Source of the DNA: Candidatus Liptonbacteria bacterium
GTDB taxonomy: Bacteria > Patescibacteriota > Minisyncoccia > UBA6257 > 2-01-FULL-56-20
Reading direction: 5' to 3'
DNA length: 64,000 bases
NCBI GenBank assembly: GCA_016204335.1
Contig: JACQKU010000008.1
Coordinates: 10,913-74,912, forward strand
Under the pieces are notes generated by a model, which saw only the letters and a list, made by a program, of their open reading frames with translations, was not told the origin of the DNA and made no database searches. Positions 63,003 to 64,000 of the stretch are shown here, piece after piece. Position numbers and translations under genes: made by a program. Every line of letters begins with the position of its first letter. The first letter of the stretch is position 1.

Positions 63003-63917
63003 ATGCAATCTCCGAAAGTAAGTATTTTAATGGCAACATACAATCGTGCCGGTTTCATCGGCCCGGCGATTGAAAGTGTCAGAAAGCAGACACGTAAAGA
63101 TTGGGAATTGATTATCGCGGACGACGGTTCGAGCGACGCTACTTCGGAAGTCGTAAAAAGCTGGGAGAAAAAAGAATCTCGAATTGTCTACGCGCGGAGC
63201 GAGATAAATCAGGGCATTTCCAAAAACTACAACCGCGGCCTGCGGCTCGCGAAAGGGGAATACGTCGCGATGATTGACGACGACGACCCGTGGCTGGATG
63301 ACGGAAAGCTCGAAAAGCAGATTAAATTTCTGGACGGCAATCCCGATTACGTCGGCTGCGGCGGCGGAGTGATTGTGGTTGGTCCTTCGGCCGTCATTGC
63401 GAGCGAAGCCGAGTCAGACTCGGCGAAGCGAAGCAATCTCGGGATTGCTTCGTCGTTTGAAACTCCTCGCAATGACGTGAAAGAACTCTATCGTTATTTG
63501 AAACCAGAGAAAGACGAAGAAATCAGAAAATACATGCTTTTCTCGAATCCGATGGCGAACAGCACGACCGTTTTCAGGAAAGCCGCCGGCGAGAAAGTCG
63601 GCTGGTACGACGAATCGACGAGATACTCGGGCGACCGCGATTTCTGGCTCAAAATGGGGCTTGTCGGAAAGTTATACAACTTTCCGGAATACTTTTCCTA
63701 TTACACGATGAGCGACAGCAATACCTCCGTTCAAAAAATCAGGCCGCATCTCAAGGCGTCGCTGATGATTATGAAGCGGTACAAAGGAAAATATCCGGGC
63801 TATGTTTCCGCTCTTGCGTTCAACGAGCTCCAGTATTTTTATTCTTTTCTGCCGGAGAAAATCAGAAAGCCGATACACTTTGCTCTCGCTAGGATGAAGC
63901 GCCGGACATTAGGATAG
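63003..63917 (+). CDS. GT2 glycosyltransferase with an in-frame family-C insertion
   Basis: VSILMATYN, ADDGSSD, IDDDD, GDRDFW. Confidence 0.92.
   Translation: MQSPKVSILMATYNRAGFIGPAIESVRKQTRKDWELIIADDGSSDATSEVVKSWEKKESRIVYARSEINQGISKNYNRGLRLAKGEYVAMIDDDDPWLDDGKLEKQIKFLDGNPDYVGCGGGVIVVGPSAVIASEAESDSAKRSNLGIASSFETPRNDVKELYRYLKPEKDEEIRKYMLFSNPMANSTTVFRKAAGEKVGWYDESTRYSGDRDFWLKMGLVGKLYNFPEYFSYYTMSDSNTSVQKIRPHLKASLMIMKRYKGKYPGYVSALAFNELQYFYSFLPEKIRKPIHFALARMKRRTLG
63393..63476. repeat. Family-C palindromic element (84 bp, in frame)
   Basis: GTCATTGCGAG...CTCGCAATGAC, encoding VIASEAESDSAKRSNLGIASSFETPRND. Confidence 0.9.
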
Positions 63918-64000
63918 CTTTCAGGTCTCTTAGCAAGGACTCACCGAGTATTTGAAGGAGGGCAATGTATACCGCCGAAGCGCCCATGAGAGCAAAAATC

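Overview
This is a bacterial window using translation table 11. Gene content, gene order, scarce Shine-Dalgarno motifs and repeat style suggest Patescibacteria/CPR (Parcubacteria-like); this is inference. Positions 1-10.4 kb are housekeeping: rnj, tRNA-Leu(CAG), a peptide-binding protein, secG, a holin-like gene, a UvrC-like nuclease, a RelE-type TA pair, gpmI and rny. From 10.5 kb to the end is one very large surface-glycan locus: an O-antigen-ligase-like gene, two gmd, three fcl-like genes, a perosamine-synthase-like aminotransferase, two sugar C-methyltransferases, GDP-heptose genes, many glycosyltransferases, a YfhO-like GT-C and three NUDIX genes. Most notable observations: (1) a sulfate-activation cassette (truncated pyruvate kinase, AlkP/NPP enzyme, sat, RHH protein, an unannotated 42-aa peptide and a sulfatase-like enzyme) in which three small or accessory proteins share a C-terminal 'E-x-L-x-x-L-[GN]-Y-[LI]-stop' tail, a possible tyrosine-carrier sulfotransfer system; (2) an intact tRNA-Leu bracketed by 17-bp inverted repeats and nested inside a second, palindrome-disrupted tRNA-Leu-like gene; (3) several families of short palindromic elements that land on start/stop codons or insert in frame into CDSs; (4) three tandem HD-fold paralogs with an HN instead of HD motif. 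All functional calls come from motif recognition by eye; no database searches were run.
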